A stretch of 63,653 nucleotides of DNA, filler included, from Folioceros fuciformis (taxonomy: Eukaryota): assembly GCA_049999805.1 (NCBI GenBank). It is 7 parts of 7 records of this genome, joined end to end, with 100 filler letters (N's around TTAATTAATTAA, not from the genome) between each part and the next. Parts side by side here need not be neighbours in the genome. Positions count along the whole stretch, not along the records: positions 1 to 16,390 come from JBNGIO010005093.1; positions 16,491 to 23,709 come from JBNGIO010005095.1; positions 23,810 to 32,947 come from JBNGIO010005096.1; 4 more parts are not named here. The stretch is one strand, 5' to 3'. The notes under the pieces are model-generated. The model was not told the origin of the DNA, ran no database searches, and saw nothing but the letters and a program-made list of their open reading frames with translations. Below, piece after piece: positions 11,821 through 24,955 of this stretch. Numbering within the stretch: the stretch's first letter is position 1; the number at the start of each line of letters is the position of its first letter. A program made the translations under genes and the position numbers.

Positions 11821-14068
11821 CTAACTGGGATAACTAACACCACATGAGTTTAGCTCATATAGAGCTCGATAACTCAACATAGATCTCAAGGTCCTGAACT
11901 TGATTATATGGTGCTCAACGGAGTCATGCTCCCTCATTTTGCAATTGTAGAAATCTCGAGTTGCACTCACAAGCGAGGATCCATTTACTACTTGGTAGAC
12001 TTGTGTAAGTGCATCCCAGACAGCCTTTGTGGACTCAGCCTCACGTGTGTGGTGCATCATTGTGCCATCGAGTGCAGACTGTATGACAGCTAGTGCATGA
12101 AGATCAAGTTTGGCCCAAGCATCTCTATCAACTTGAGGAGCTGTGGGGGCAGGTTTAGGGACTGTCTTAGAAACAACACCCCAGAGATCATTTTCTTTCA
12201 AGATAGTTTGGACTCTAAGTGCCCAGATATCGAACTGTGTGCCTGAAAATCTATCACGTTCTTTAAAATCTATCTTGAGGTTGTGTACAGTAGTGTTATT
12301 AGTAACTGTACCTCCCTACTGTTGAGTACCCATTATTCCAACTATGTGTGCTGCTAAGGCTGCCCTAGTGGCTTGTGCTATTGACCCAACTTGAGCAACG
12401 TGTTGTAATTGTGCAGCGTGCAAGTTGGATATACCACCAGTGGATGAACTGCCTTGAGAAGGGCCTGAAAATGACTGGTCGTTGTTAATGGACAGAGGAT
12501 CAACAACAAGATGTCCCCCTCTGCCGACACCCCTTCCAGCAGGTCTGCCACGAGGGCCTCTTGGTTTGCTGTTTCCTCGCGACCTTCCACCGTGTGTCAT
12601 ATACAGCAAAGCTTGGAGAGGGAGATCAGCCTCCGCTTCAAAGGCGTGCATTTGCTCCATATGTTGTGGAAAAAAAATTCTTGCATCACATGAAACATTT
12701 TCTCCCAGTCTGACTGTTGTGTGTTTGTAGAGATCTGAACAGGTGCAGGTTTCTCTGGAACTCATGAAGATGTTTCTTTAGGAGATGCTGTTTCGTGCAA
12801 GGACAAGTTGCTGATCTTTAACAAGTTGTTCACTTGATGGGCAAGGTGGGTGACGTGCCTATTATTAAGCATAATTAATGTTGAGATTAATTAGTGCTAA
12901 TCCAACTTATTGAGTTTGTACTAATTAGTGGTAAGAGTGATTAAGGTTATGATTAATATATATATATAGCTTATTAGACTTTGCTATGTTAGGCAAAAAA
13001 AGTATTGTAGGGTTTGGGGTCATTTATCCCATATTGGGCACGAAATGAGAGTGCCACCCATAGGTCCATAAAAGAAGGGATGAACCCACTTAGTATTTGT
13101 AGTCTAACTCCCTCTTCACTTGTATTGTGTTGTTTTTGTAATTCTCCTTTTTATTTGAGTTTAAGAGCCTTGTTATAGTGCTCTTAGTTTTGGGATTCTG
13201 CATCTTGCTTCAACTATCTTGTTTTAACCTCCTTTGAGCATGGTGGGGGTGACATCTCAACACCTATTTGTACTCGCTACCTTAATGGAAAGATCAGCTA
13301 CTCGTTTCTTTGTGTCAAATGCAAGTGTCTTGACAGAGTGGTGTATGTCTTCTATCAAAAAATCGGAAGTACCGGGATTTGACTCAAGATTGCTAATGCA
13401 GGGGCTGCAAGTGAGACTCTGAGGACGAAATAACCATGCTGCCTCGACAGGGATCGTGCGTGCCTGACGCGAAGGTTTTCTAGCCAGGTGACTTAAGCAA
13501 TCAAGGTTGTCGCAGCGATTAGGAGGTAATCCTGCTGGCTCATCGCGTCTACCAGCAATAGAATCTGTCCAGCGCAGGCGATTCCTCTGGCCTCTTGGTC
13601 TTGGCATGCTGCGGGGACTACGTGTAGTAGTGCGCTACAGCATTTGCAAGAAATTGATTCGCCATGCGTCGAAACCTGGTGAGGGCTGCCTTCAATGCTG
13701 AGATCGCCGCACAGAACTGGTAATGTGTGAGGTTCTTGATGCACTGCTTGCTGCCACAAATTGCGCAGAAGAGTGCGCATGAGGTTGGCGGCACGGCGAG
13801 ATCTGTCATGGCTCTGATACCATAAAGATCGAAGGAGGATCGCGAGAGAGGCGAGAGAGAGATTCAAGAAGAGAGTAGTTGATAGCTTAGGCCGTGTGGC
13901 CTTAAAAGGTGTGCAGGGCAACCGTTGGTGGTGTCCCGTGAAGTGTGACGGTTGATACTTAGAGTCACGACCCTAATACTTTGCCTTTCTATATCTAGCG
14001 TTTCATATCGGGATTATCTCTATTTAATTAATGCTTGGCTACTTAATAATAAATGTACTTTATCTTTA
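11821..14068 (-). mobile_element. 5' part of a second copia element (LTR 13823-14068, PBS, degenerate leader ORF, truncated gag)
   Basis: iMet PBS 13811-13822; gag FKERDRFSGTQFDIWALRVQTILKENDLWGVV...KMREHDSVEHHIIKFRTL with an in-frame stop at 12316; LTR bounded by TAAAGAT...ATCTTTA. Confidence 0.85.
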
Positions 14069-16390
14069 GGCCACTTGACAATGGGATTTAGTGTGCCCTT
14101 GCTCACCACATGTGGAGCAAAACAAGTTGGCACAGCCGCTGGTTGCAGCCCTCCTCCTCTCATGTTCCTTGATAGCATTGAGATGAAACTTCTCAAAATT
14201 ACTCATCATCTCCTCCATCTTGGACTCCTTCTGCTGCATCTTTTTGGCTGCAGCCTTAGCTTCCTTTTTGACCTGCTCCACCTCCTTATTGGCACTAGCC
14301 ACCTCTTGCTTGGGCTTGGCCCGATCCTTGGCTCCCTTTGTCTCCTTCTTCCTCTTGGCACCCTATGTCCACTGCTTCTTCCTCCTCTTTTTGGAAGTCT
14401 CATCCTCTGAGGACTCCTCTCCTATCTTTTCCTCCTCTGAAGAAGAGGAACTCCCCAATGCTTAACCCTCTGAAGAGTCGCTCCCCTTGGAGGAGTCTTC
14501 ATCCGAGGAGGAGGAATCCTTCTTTTTCTTCCCCTTGCTAGACTTCTTCTTCTTATCCTTCTCCTTCCCCTTCTTCGACTTCCTTTTGCCCCAAGGATGG
14601 GATTCTTTGTAGTTGAGGGCTGCCTTGATGGCCTTGTCCTTCTCCCCAAACAACTTCACATGACCCCCTATCTTGGAACCTAGGCCACCAGTAAACCACT
14701 ACATGGCCTGCAAGTCAGAATGGGGCCCACCATGGTCACGCAAGTTATGAAACCTCTCCACATAGGCTTGCAAGGTTTGCTTCCTTCTCCTCCTCAAAGA
14801 CTCCAACTTGGACAACACATAGCCCTCCAGATCTATCCCCATAAACATTTCACAAAAGGTCTTCTTCAGCACATCAAAGGTTGTTGGTAGAGTGCCAAAC
14901 TTGAGGTACTCCCTCCGGTACCACTTGGCAAGCCCTCCACAAAGAACTCCATAAAACAGCTGGATGCACATCTGCAGATTCCTAATTGGCAATGGTTAGT
15001 TGTTGAAAATGCTCCACAAACTCATCCGGATCTTCAGACCCCTTCTTCTCTCCATACAAAGGGCACGGCTGCTTGGTGGACATTGCAACAGGAGCTAGGG
15101 CTGCCATGGTGATTGCACCCACAACCACAATTGCACATCCGGCAGCTGGAGTTGTGCTAATGTGGCTGGGCACTGTAGCACTTGCACTCACAATCACCTG
15201 CACCAAGCTAGGACGGGGGTTAAGAGGCAGAATTGGATTAGGTTGCCCTGGCCTAGACTCCCCTTTAACAACAGAAAGTTGGGGATCTTGCTCCAACAAG
15301 ATCAAACTCCCTAAGATCAGCATATTGCTTGCCCCGTGCCTCCTTCCAGCCGGTGTGTTGCCTGGTTGTGCCCTCCTTAGCTCCCTTTCTACTGCTCTTT
15401 GCCCACGCTTTGATGCCTCCTTGCTTGAGACCTCCCTTCACGGCTGGAGTCGAAATCTTCAGCTCCTACGCGGGGCATCCATTAGCCTTTCTAGCCTCAC
15501 CTTATACCTCCCCCTATCCAAGTTAGTTCCCTCACCTAATATGCTGTACACACTATCTAGGTTAAATCCCCTTAAGCCTTGATAGCAATGACACTTCCCG
15601 GCAACGGCGTCAAAATGTGGAGTGACCTTCGACCACCAATGTGTCACAAAGAGGTCCACTTTAACCCTCTTATCGTTTGCAGTCCTGAGATTCGTTCCCA
15701 AGGGAGTGATCTTGTGCCAAGGCAAATAAACTAAGCTATTCTAACCTGATCCCACTTACCAATCCCCTACTCAACCTGACAGTAGCTACAGTAGTTAGGT
15801 CTAACTTCCTAACTTTATCCCTATTGCATGCAAAAGCTACCCTAGCAGCTAAAAAAGAAACCCCGATCTCATAGGTCCAAGTCCTCAACTTCAACCTCTC
15901 ACTTCAGCATCCTAAAATTTGCACATAGCACTCCAACTCATGAAATTAGCAGCACAACAGCTTCCCCCACCTGCAGCCCTAGGGCAAAGATGTGAGGTCT
16001 TGGCACCGGATAGCCCCCTTAGCTCACAGCCCTCCAACGTTTACCTTGGAAACCTTACCCAAGGACATCAAGGCACCTCTCAGCCAGCATACAAGAAGGG
16101 TCAACAGCTGCGGATCTGGCTACACAGATCTTGGCAAACCAGGGATCCACCACGTCCCCCTTAGTGGGAAGGAGATCAAGGCCCAAGGTGCACTCATACC
16201 AAATCAGCATCCTAATCCGGTAGCCTGCACACAAGGAACAAGGGGACTCATACCAAAGATTGCCCCCTCCCAAATGACAGGCTGGCCCCTTATACTATCT
16301 TGGCCAAGAACTACCCATCACCACCTACCCGGGTTAGCATCCCTTCACACGAGAAAATATATTTCACACCCCCGCCAAGAACCTAACCCT
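14069..16390 (-). mobile_element. Non-chromovirus Ty3/gypsy (Athila/Tat-like) relic: 5' LTR part, PBS and degenerate gag
   Basis: PBS TGACGCCGTTGCCGGGAA (tRNA-Asp-type) on the minus strand at 15595-15612; retrotransposon gag signatures SEDPDEFVEHF, FDVLKKTFCEMF, QTLQAYVERFHNL; knuckle CSTCGEQGHTKSHC, cut off by the copia LTR. Confidence 0.8.
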
Positions 16391-16490
16391 NNNNNNNNNN
16401 NNNNNNNNNNNNNNNNNNNNNNNNNNNNNNNNNNTTAATTAATTAANNNNNNNNNNNNNNNNNNNNNNNNNNNNNNNNNNNNNNNNNNNN
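16391..16490. other. Artificial contig spacer (N-run with TTAATTAATTAA); same spacer at 23710-23809, 32948-33047, 44971-45070, 53352-53451, 61631-61730
   Basis: Identical 100-nt N pads carrying a six-frame stop linker. Confidence 0.95.
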
Positions 16491-16959
16491 TAGGGAGCCT
16501 TGTGAGGAAAAGGTATCGAGTGTAGGGAGGTAGAAATCGGTAGGGGAGGTACTAGGGCCTTTCCAAGTGAAGGAATGGTGCCTACCTAATGACGGGACGT
16601 GTTGCACGATTGGTAGGAACGTGATTGGAAGGTAGAAATCGGTAGGGGAGGTATTGGGGCCCTTCCAAATGAAGGAATGGTGCCTATCTATTGATGGGAC
16701 GTGTGGCCAGATTGGTAGGTACGTGGTTGGGAGAGTTGACTAGTGTAGGGGAGCGATAGACGTAGCTGACCAGGCTCAGAGGGGAGCGATCCCGGGGAAA
16801 CCTACAACGACCGTGGGATTGATGTGGCCACGATACATGTGAGCGGGTGCCTGGTAGGGATACCATGCTCGCTTGCCCACATCCTTATTACAACAGCTGA
16901 AGTTTGGACTCAGTTGAAGGACATGTATTAGGTTCAAAATATTCTTACACTTGTACATG

Positions 16960-18810
16960 CAAGAAATGAGTTTTATGGCCTTAAGCTGCGTGATGGAGAT
17001 CCAGTGGGACCACATATTGTGAAGTTTCGCCGTCTGCAATCTCAATTAGCTGCTCTTGGATGCACAATGGTAGAAGTGGATGCAATTGCTCAACTGCCCT
17101 CAAGCTTACTAGCTTCTTATCCAAACTTAGTGTCAAACCATAATACCTCCATTCGACCTTCTTATGTTGTTGGGAGTGCTGTTAAGCCTTCCCTGATTAT
17201 GTTGAATGACTTGATTGGGGCTTTCCTGCAAGCGGAACAAAGCCGCCAGAAGGTAGGGCCTTCGAGCCGCTAGAAGTCAGGGCCTTCGTCTCGCCTCCAA
17301 GAAGAGAAGGTGCTTTACGTTGCAAAAGGGAAAGGACCAGGATGCAATAGTAAGAATAAGAAAGGGGGAATTTCACCATGCCAGTCTTCTTCTCCTACAG
17401 TGAAATGTTAAGGCACCTGCAATTGGTGCCAAATCCCAGGGCACTGGGAACGTGATTGTAGAAAGAAGAAAGCATGTGAACCTAAGAAGGAGGCTCGCCT
17501 TGTAGCTCATGTTACTGCCAAGGGAGCTTCTTTTGGACAACAGCAGCATAAAAATAGTAGTATAGTCCTTACTGTTTGTCTCACTTCTAGTAAAGAGAGC
17601 TCTTCGATGTGGTTTGTGGACTATGGGGTCAATTCAGTCATCAGACACATTTACAACTGTCTATGTTGGTGATTCACGAGGTGTTGAGGTCAAAGGTAGT
17701 GGTCGGGCTAGCATACCTTTGTTGGATTGCACTTCTTTGTAGCTTTTTGATGTGTTGTTGGTCCTGTCCATGAGTAAAAATCTGCTATCAGTAAGGGCAA
17801 TTACTTCCACTAATCACTATGGTTTTCGCTTTGAGTACAAGCATTGCTACATTTACAGAATCCAAGAACCATGGGAATATGTTGCCAAAGCTACCTTGGA
17901 GGATGACTTGTACACCTTAGTTGGATACCACTTCTTCTCACAGTGTTCAGGCTTTGGTTACTTCTTATCCTCTTCAGGCTAGCTTGTAGCATGCACGCTA
18001 AGGTCATGTTATTAAATCAAAACTTTATTTGATGTCTCATTCAAGCTGCTATCGTGAGAAGCTGCCTCCTTGTTTTAAGCACCTGGCCTCCCATGGTGTG
18101 TGCATTCTATCAAAACAAAAGGAGCTTCCCTTTAAAAATCAAATGGCTACATGAGCTAAAGCAATACTTGAGTTGATACATGCAGATCTTGCAAGAAAAT
18201 TTCTAGTTAAATCTCTTGGTGGGTCGGAGTATTATCTCTCTTACAGTTGATTATTCTCGTTATACATGGGCTTTTCCTCTCCAGCTGAAGAGTGATGTCT
18301 TAGATCATATCTCCGCTTGGATTCCCATGGTTCAAAGACATAGGAAATTTGGTTAAGTGTTTTTGCATGAACAATGGTGGCAAATTCACTGGTCCCAGAT
18401 TTGATGATCTGTTTTAGCTTTATAACATCATTCGATAGCTCTCTATTCCCTACACATAGCAACAAAATGGCGTGGCTGAGAGGAAGAATTAGACCTTGAT
18501 GGGGATGACACGAAGTATATTGGCTTGGGCAGGCCTTCTAAAGTCTTTCTGCGCAGAAGGTGTGGTTGCAGCCACATACATTTTGAATAGGCTTGTGACC
18601 TCAGCTCTCCTTGGTAGGACACCTTATGAGGCTTTTTGGGGCCGCAAGCCAAGTCTTCTTCATCTTAGGGCTTTTGGGTCTCCTGCCTTTGCATTCATTC
18701 CTGAAGCCAAGAGGGGGAAGTTAGATCATAGGTCTAAGCCTTTTATTTTTCTTGGCTACTCAGAAGAAACCAAAGCTTGCAAGTTGTTTGATCCTCACAC
18801 TCATAAACTC
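16960..18810 (+). mobile_element. Heavily decayed copia gag-PR-integrase fragment
   Basis: HIVKFRRLQSQL, CNWCQIPGHWERDC, SKNLLSV, YILNRL...TPYEAFWGRKPSLLHLRAFGSPAF, with many stops. Confidence 0.85.
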
Positions 18811-21800
18811 ATGGGTTGGGGAGTGAAGAAAGAAAGTAGGAAGGAAAAGGCAATTGTGATGGCAAACCCTTCATACGACACCTTCAACAATGAGCATTTT
18901 GTGAGCTCATGATATTCTTCTTAAGAAACAGAGTGTACCCCTCACTTGACATGATGGTTGTACTAGTATCTAGGAAGAAAGGGATTTCAAGAGGTTAAGA
19001 GCATATGCCAAAAAATCTACCCTAAAAGCAACTATTTTGAACAGTTTAGGGTTTTTTGTGTAAATATAAGTGTATTTAATTTTAAAATTTATTCAATTAT
19101 AATGTTTTCAAGCAACAAGGAGCTACTTAAGATTTTTGTAGAACATGCTCAAATTTTGATGTGCAAACAATTCCTTCATTCATAAGTCTTAGATTGCTCA
19201 TGCTCTTAGATTTCTATTGAAGTTATCTCTCACTCTTTGAGACAAAATATGTTAAATTATCGTATGCTCTCAATCCACTTGCTATGCTGAAAATTTTTTG
19301 GTATCATCTACACTTGAAGCTGGGCTTAAGTAACACATTTCAAGATATTGCAAGATGTCCTCACTACATGTTTATAGTTTATATCACAAGAAGAAATATG
19401 AGCTCTAAGGAAGATGAGCTCATATTTGTACCACACAAGTGCGTTATAAGGGCTGAAAACAATAAAAATAACCTTAAAAATACCCAATTTTACCAAAAAA
19501 AAGAGATAAAAAACTAGAATTTTTTTGAGGAAATAATATGCACTTATGCTCATAAATGGGATTTTGTTTTAAACATTTTGGCTAGTGCAATTATCTTTTA
19601 GCGTGTACTTGGATGCACCAATGGGTTGATAGTGCACACTTACACACAACAGTGGGCTCTTGCTGTGTACTCAAGTGCGCTAGCAATTTGGTTAACAACC
19701 TCTCAAACAATAGAAGAGAAAAAAGAACATTAAGAATCGAATCCTTGGCTCTTCATTCAATTTTTTTGTGGATACACTAAAGCTCACTAATGTCCTTCAT
19801 ATGGAAACCTAAAGACTTTATTGTAAAAGAGAGATGCAAGTTCCATCTACCCCGTGACAAGGCGAACAACCCACAATGGGGAAAAGCTGAGACTGGGGGC
19901 CTAACCCCCTCGTCCGCCTAGCCTGTAACTCCCTATGGCCCCTAAGATATCACATTCGAGTATAAGGTATGGTCTACTTACCAGTGGGGCCGTTGAAGCC
20001 ACATCCGGCATGCTTGATGACCTTCATATCACTCATGCACTTATATAAACCTTGTTTTTGAAAAATAAAAGTGGAACATTCATGAAAAAAGGCATACCAT
20101 GATAAGCTTTAGGGTAAAATATCATTAGAAATTGGTGATGCAAACTAGTGAAGTGATGCAGACTTGTGAGCTATGTAATGAAGGCTGACCTAAAATATAG
20201 TTTTTTTGCCAAATACATAATATCCTAAAGTTATTGCAAATTGGAAGCTCTAGATTTGTTCATCCCTATTGATCACTCAATGTTCATACAATGTGTAGTG
20301 TTTGGTATTTTCTATTATTAAAAAGAGATGAAAAGTCCCATCTATTCCAAAGATTAGAGGAACAACTCGAGCAAGGTCAAAGGGCCAAAAGGGGTAATAG
20401 CTCCTTCGAACATCATTCTCAAAGACTACCTATTGCTCCCAAAATGTCATGATGTGGAATAACAAAAGGCCTACCTATTACCGATGCCGAAGAAACCTCT
20501 TGACTTGTGCTTGTTGCTATTCTAAAAACCGAGTAGGCCAATTCTCTTCTTTGCAAAGCAATGGATACGCGTTGTCGAAGGAAGGGTTTTATCACAAAGG
20601 AAAGAAGGAGGATACCATTTCTACAGCTCAGATAAACCTTGGCGCACTCCTTGATGAACCTTGAAAAATCCTTGTCCTTAGCCCATGAGTCTCAAGAGCA
20701 AGGGAGATGAAAGTGTGCTTACCTTGCAGGGGAGAATACTTATGGATTTTGGCGCTTGCACAACCCTTTGCTGCCCATCCAGGCGGGTTAAGTGTGCCCA
20801 TCTAGGGGGATGATGATGTGCTTGCAAATCAAGTAGTGTTTGCAGCCAAGGACACCAACATTGATGTGAATCTTGTCTCTTGAAACCAATAGAAGACATT
20901 ATGAAGAACATACACAAAGATGTAAAATAATAAGAATATGTTTAAAATGTATTAAGATGTATTGTTGGAATATTCACTAAAATCCCTTCCTTCCTAAATT
21001 TTGTGTGTTCATATTAAAGTCCACATGGGTTGATGATGGTGTTGATCAAGAACTTTGAGAAAGAGACTAGGCGGGAGATGCATACTTTAGACAAAGAGGA
21101 ACAATGTTTGCAGCATTACTTTGTGGGAGAAACATGTTATATTTATATTAGCATCAAAATTATTTGTGGGAAAAACATGTTATATTAGCATCAAAATTAA
21201 CATGCGATATGTAGAATACATTCCACATGGTACCCACAAGCATAAAGTTCTTCTAGATTCATGGAAGAGCTATCTTTAGAGCCCTACGTAGGTGGGCCAA
21301 CACATATTAGAAGGCTTGATAGCATATATACTTAAGAAGATAATGAAAAGAGTTTATGGGTAGGGAATGTAAACAAGCTTTAGAGTTAGTAAATAGTAAA
21401 CTACATAGAAGGGATGTTATTTCACAACTGTACTAGCTACCATGGGATTCTTGGTGCAACATTGATTCATGGTGATCACCACACATGTACAAGCATAAAG
21501 AACAACCATGGTGTAGAGTTTATTGAGCTCAAACCTAATAGTATAGATTTCATCTTTTAAGAAGAGATTGCTTTTTTGGCAATTTTGTGCCATTCTTTTA
21601 ACAATATTATGTTGTTCTATGTTGTTCTTCAAAATTCATAATCCAAAATTATGTTGCAAACAAACAAAACATGTATACCCCACTTGCGCTAGAAGCTTCT
21701 AGGGCTTTGAGTAAATACCTTGATAAATATATCAAGCCATGTGCTAAAGTACATCATATATAAAGGGATGAAGGGAAGCATCTTCTTCATGATCTCATTA

Positions 21801-23809
21801 TATTCTTTGGGAGGTGTGTGTTTGTTGTCATTAATAGGGCCATTTATGTCCCATTCTTTTGATAATACTTGTATCATTGTATATTTATCCACAAAAAGAC
21901 TTCTTTTTCTTGCTTGCTCTAGAAACCTGTCGTGCTTCGGTTCCTATTTCATGATGTTCTTTGGTATTTGGTGTTGGTTGTGATTAATAGGGTGATTTCT
22001 CTCTCATTCTTTTAGCAATACATTTGCTGTTTACATTGTTCTCCCTCGTTCATAATTCAAGATTATGCCACAAAAAAAAAAAAAAACCTTTTCACCTCAC
22101 TTGTTGTAGAAATGTATAGCAGCGCTTTAAGAAAAGACTGTAATAAATATATCAAGCCATGTATCAAAGTGCATGATGTATAATGGCAGGAGGGAAACCA
22201 CCCCTTTCATATTTTTCATGATGTTCCTCATATGTCATGGTATGGATTAGGAAAGCCGCATACTTACTACCACAATTGAAGATAATCCATCTCCATAAGG
22301 ATAAAAAGGTTGAGTTTTTCTTGAAGAGTTGGCACAAGAGAATATAATAAATCAACTCCATCCAAGACCAAAGGTGGAAGAGCTTGACATAGTCGATGGA
22401 TATCCCGTCCTAGAATTGACTATGATAAGTCCATATGTTTTGGTAAAACGTGTTTAGATAAAAAACATATACAAATAATAAATGTGCGAGTCAATGAATA
22501 TTCTTTGTCACAATTATAACTACTAATTTAGCTTAGCTTTGGAATACTAAGATGAACTCTTATGAAAATACCAAGATATCAACCTATGTTATATGTGTGA
22601 GAGAGGAACTATACCATGAATAATAAGAAAAAGAAAGCAAGAATAACAAAATTTGTAACTAATATTTCAAAACATAACTCATTTTGATTTTTGAAGAAAT
22701 CAATCAATACTTTTTGAAAAAAAATTATAATCTTGAAATTTTCATTGGAAATGGTGCATGTTTTCCAATATTGGTTCTACTCTCTTTTCTTTTTCACTTT
22801 TCATATAATTTCTGAAGTGTGTAAAAAGCAAACTATCAAATTAATGATAAGGGCACTTTGAAACTCATGTATGTTATAACTTGAATTTCATGTTTATTAT
22901 TATTATTATTAAATTCAAGTCTCTCTATTATCATTCTTGTATCAATATTGGTTGTGGATTGCACTGTGGTACGGTTTTTTCTTTTTCCTTTTTCTATTTT
23001 CTATTTTTCCTCAAAATTATTTATAAAAATATTAGTTTTTTTCTAAAAAATATTATTTTTTCTTTAAAATAGTAAAATGTTTGAGATTTTGACTTTGAGA
23101 TTACTTCTTAAGAGTGTTATTTTGGTGAAATTATGGTGACTAATCCAAGTTTGGATACATGAGATGCATACTTCTCACCCATATCTACATTGCTTTGTGA
23201 AACTTGTGATTATTATGGTCTGCATTAAACGACAACCCTTAAACTTGTGATGATTATTATGGTTTGCATTTAGATGAGGATATTCTTCTTTGTTTAGTAC
23301 ATACAGACCTCCAACAACAAACCATATTGGGGAAGGAAAAAAGGTTGGAAAAGGCACTAAAAAATATAGTGCCTTTTCCCTAGTTCAGATAACTAAGTTA
23401 TATGTCTTTGTAAACCCTAGTTATAAGTTCTTTTTACTTTTTATTTTGAATTTTTTTATCAACGCATCACATCTACGTCCCCATTTAAAGTGGGGATAAC
23501 CATGTTTGGAAATTTGCTCGATTTTGTCTTAAATAAATTATTACAATATAAATATTTTTATATTATTTAATCTAGTATAATATATTTAGTTTATTTAAAT
23601 ATCATATTAGATGCCTTTGGCTCTAATCATGTTGTTTCTTCCTTCTTTGAGGAAAATGGGATTTTCATCTATTTTTCAATAAAAAAAACTTATATGATAA
23701 CCACAAAGTNNNNNNNNNNNNNNNNNNNNNNNNNNNNNNNNNNNNNNNNNNNNTTAATTAATTAANNNNNNNNNNNNNNNNNNNNNNNNNNNNNNNNNNN
23801 NNNNNNNNN

Positions 23810-24950
23810 TCGCTTTTCTGTCTTTATGATTCCAATCAGATTCCTCTTTAATTGTCCAGGGGATAGAGCTGCCACTAGGGGACACCCTGTTAGAGGGCTG
23901 TCTTGTAACTCATTGGGGAACACTTCCATCCGTCACATCCATCCAAAGCTTCTCCTCCAAAATTTTCCTAACCCTAAAACTCCAGGCATCAAAGTTCGCA
24001 GAGGTAAGTCGGTCTTTCTCTTGTAGCCAATCCGTAGATGAATCAGCCGCTCTCGCTGCCATGATGCTTGCATTGAGTTAGGTAACTAGGAAGATTGTAC
24101 ACTCAAGGTAGTAACCTACTCCTTGATGCATATGATATCCTTGAATTGTTTCTTTACCTCTAACTCTATTTCTATTAATGACGAAGAATCTAACCCCTTT
24201 TTATTCTCTAAACAATCCATACGGGATGAGAGATTGTCTAATCTTCTAGAAAATTTGAGAATAGAAGACTTGATGATCAAGAGGGAATTGAAAATTGCAT
24301 CACTATTTTTGAAATCTCGAGATAAGTGTTGAGGAGAAAGTTTTATAGATTTAGAAATACCACATGATGAACAACTAAATTTCTCTAATCTATCTGATAT
24401 GTTATCAGACGCGAGGGGATCAAGGCCAGGAGGGTCTGGATTGTAGGATTCAATAAAAGATTTCAAGATCTGGATGCGCTCTCGCTGTTCGGTTCGAGTA
24501 ACTGTTTTCTTGAAATATAAATGCTCGAATTCCACTTGAAAATTCAGCAGATCACGAGGATCTAACACCCTTGACTTGCCAAATTTGGCAAAGTCAGTCC
24601 AAACGTCCCTATAGCCTGATTTACGAGGTATCATGCCTCCTACACATTAGAGCTCACATTGAGCGCTTAGACAATTTGAAAAACATTTCGAATTCTCTTT
24701 TTCAAATTATCTTTCTACAGCAATTTTTTCTAGGATGGACCAGAGCCTAGGCTCTGATACCATGTTGATATTTGTGATCAATTGGCACATGAACTTAGGC
24801 GCATCTGACCACAAAGCATGTAGACTTGCAATAAGGAAAAACAAGAAAGCAAAATAAAGTATATAGTCTAGCAACTTGAAACGGTATGTAACTGTCACTA
24901 ACCCTAAGTGGTAGCAATGTTTACTTAGGTCTAAATAATACCTTTAACAG
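23810..24950 (-). mobile_element. 5' end of an LTR element (probably copia): LTR from 24763, iMet PBS, 172-aa leader ORF (24116-24634)
   Basis: GCTCTGATACCA at 24751-24762 followed by TG; the ORF sits in the same leader position as 10714-11316. gag is not seen before the gap, and the outer LTR boundary is approximate. Confidence 0.6.
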
Positions 24951-24955
24951 ACCAC

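Noticed and set aside
16391-16490. Recurrent TTAATTAATTAA motif within N-runs, six times in the window
   Set aside because: Artificial six-frame-stop contig spacer. Adjacency across spacers is not evidence of linkage, and ORFs running into them are artefacts.
16528-16730. ~100-bp tandem duplication at a contig start
   Set aside because: Looks like ordinary LTR or UTR sub-repeats of a retroelement; nothing further supportable.
18900-23709. AT-rich stretch with short ORFs and local duplications (e.g. 21119-21200; 21650-21860 vs 22070-22240)
   Set aside because: No recognisable domains, RNA genes or element ends; treated as decayed intergenic DNA.
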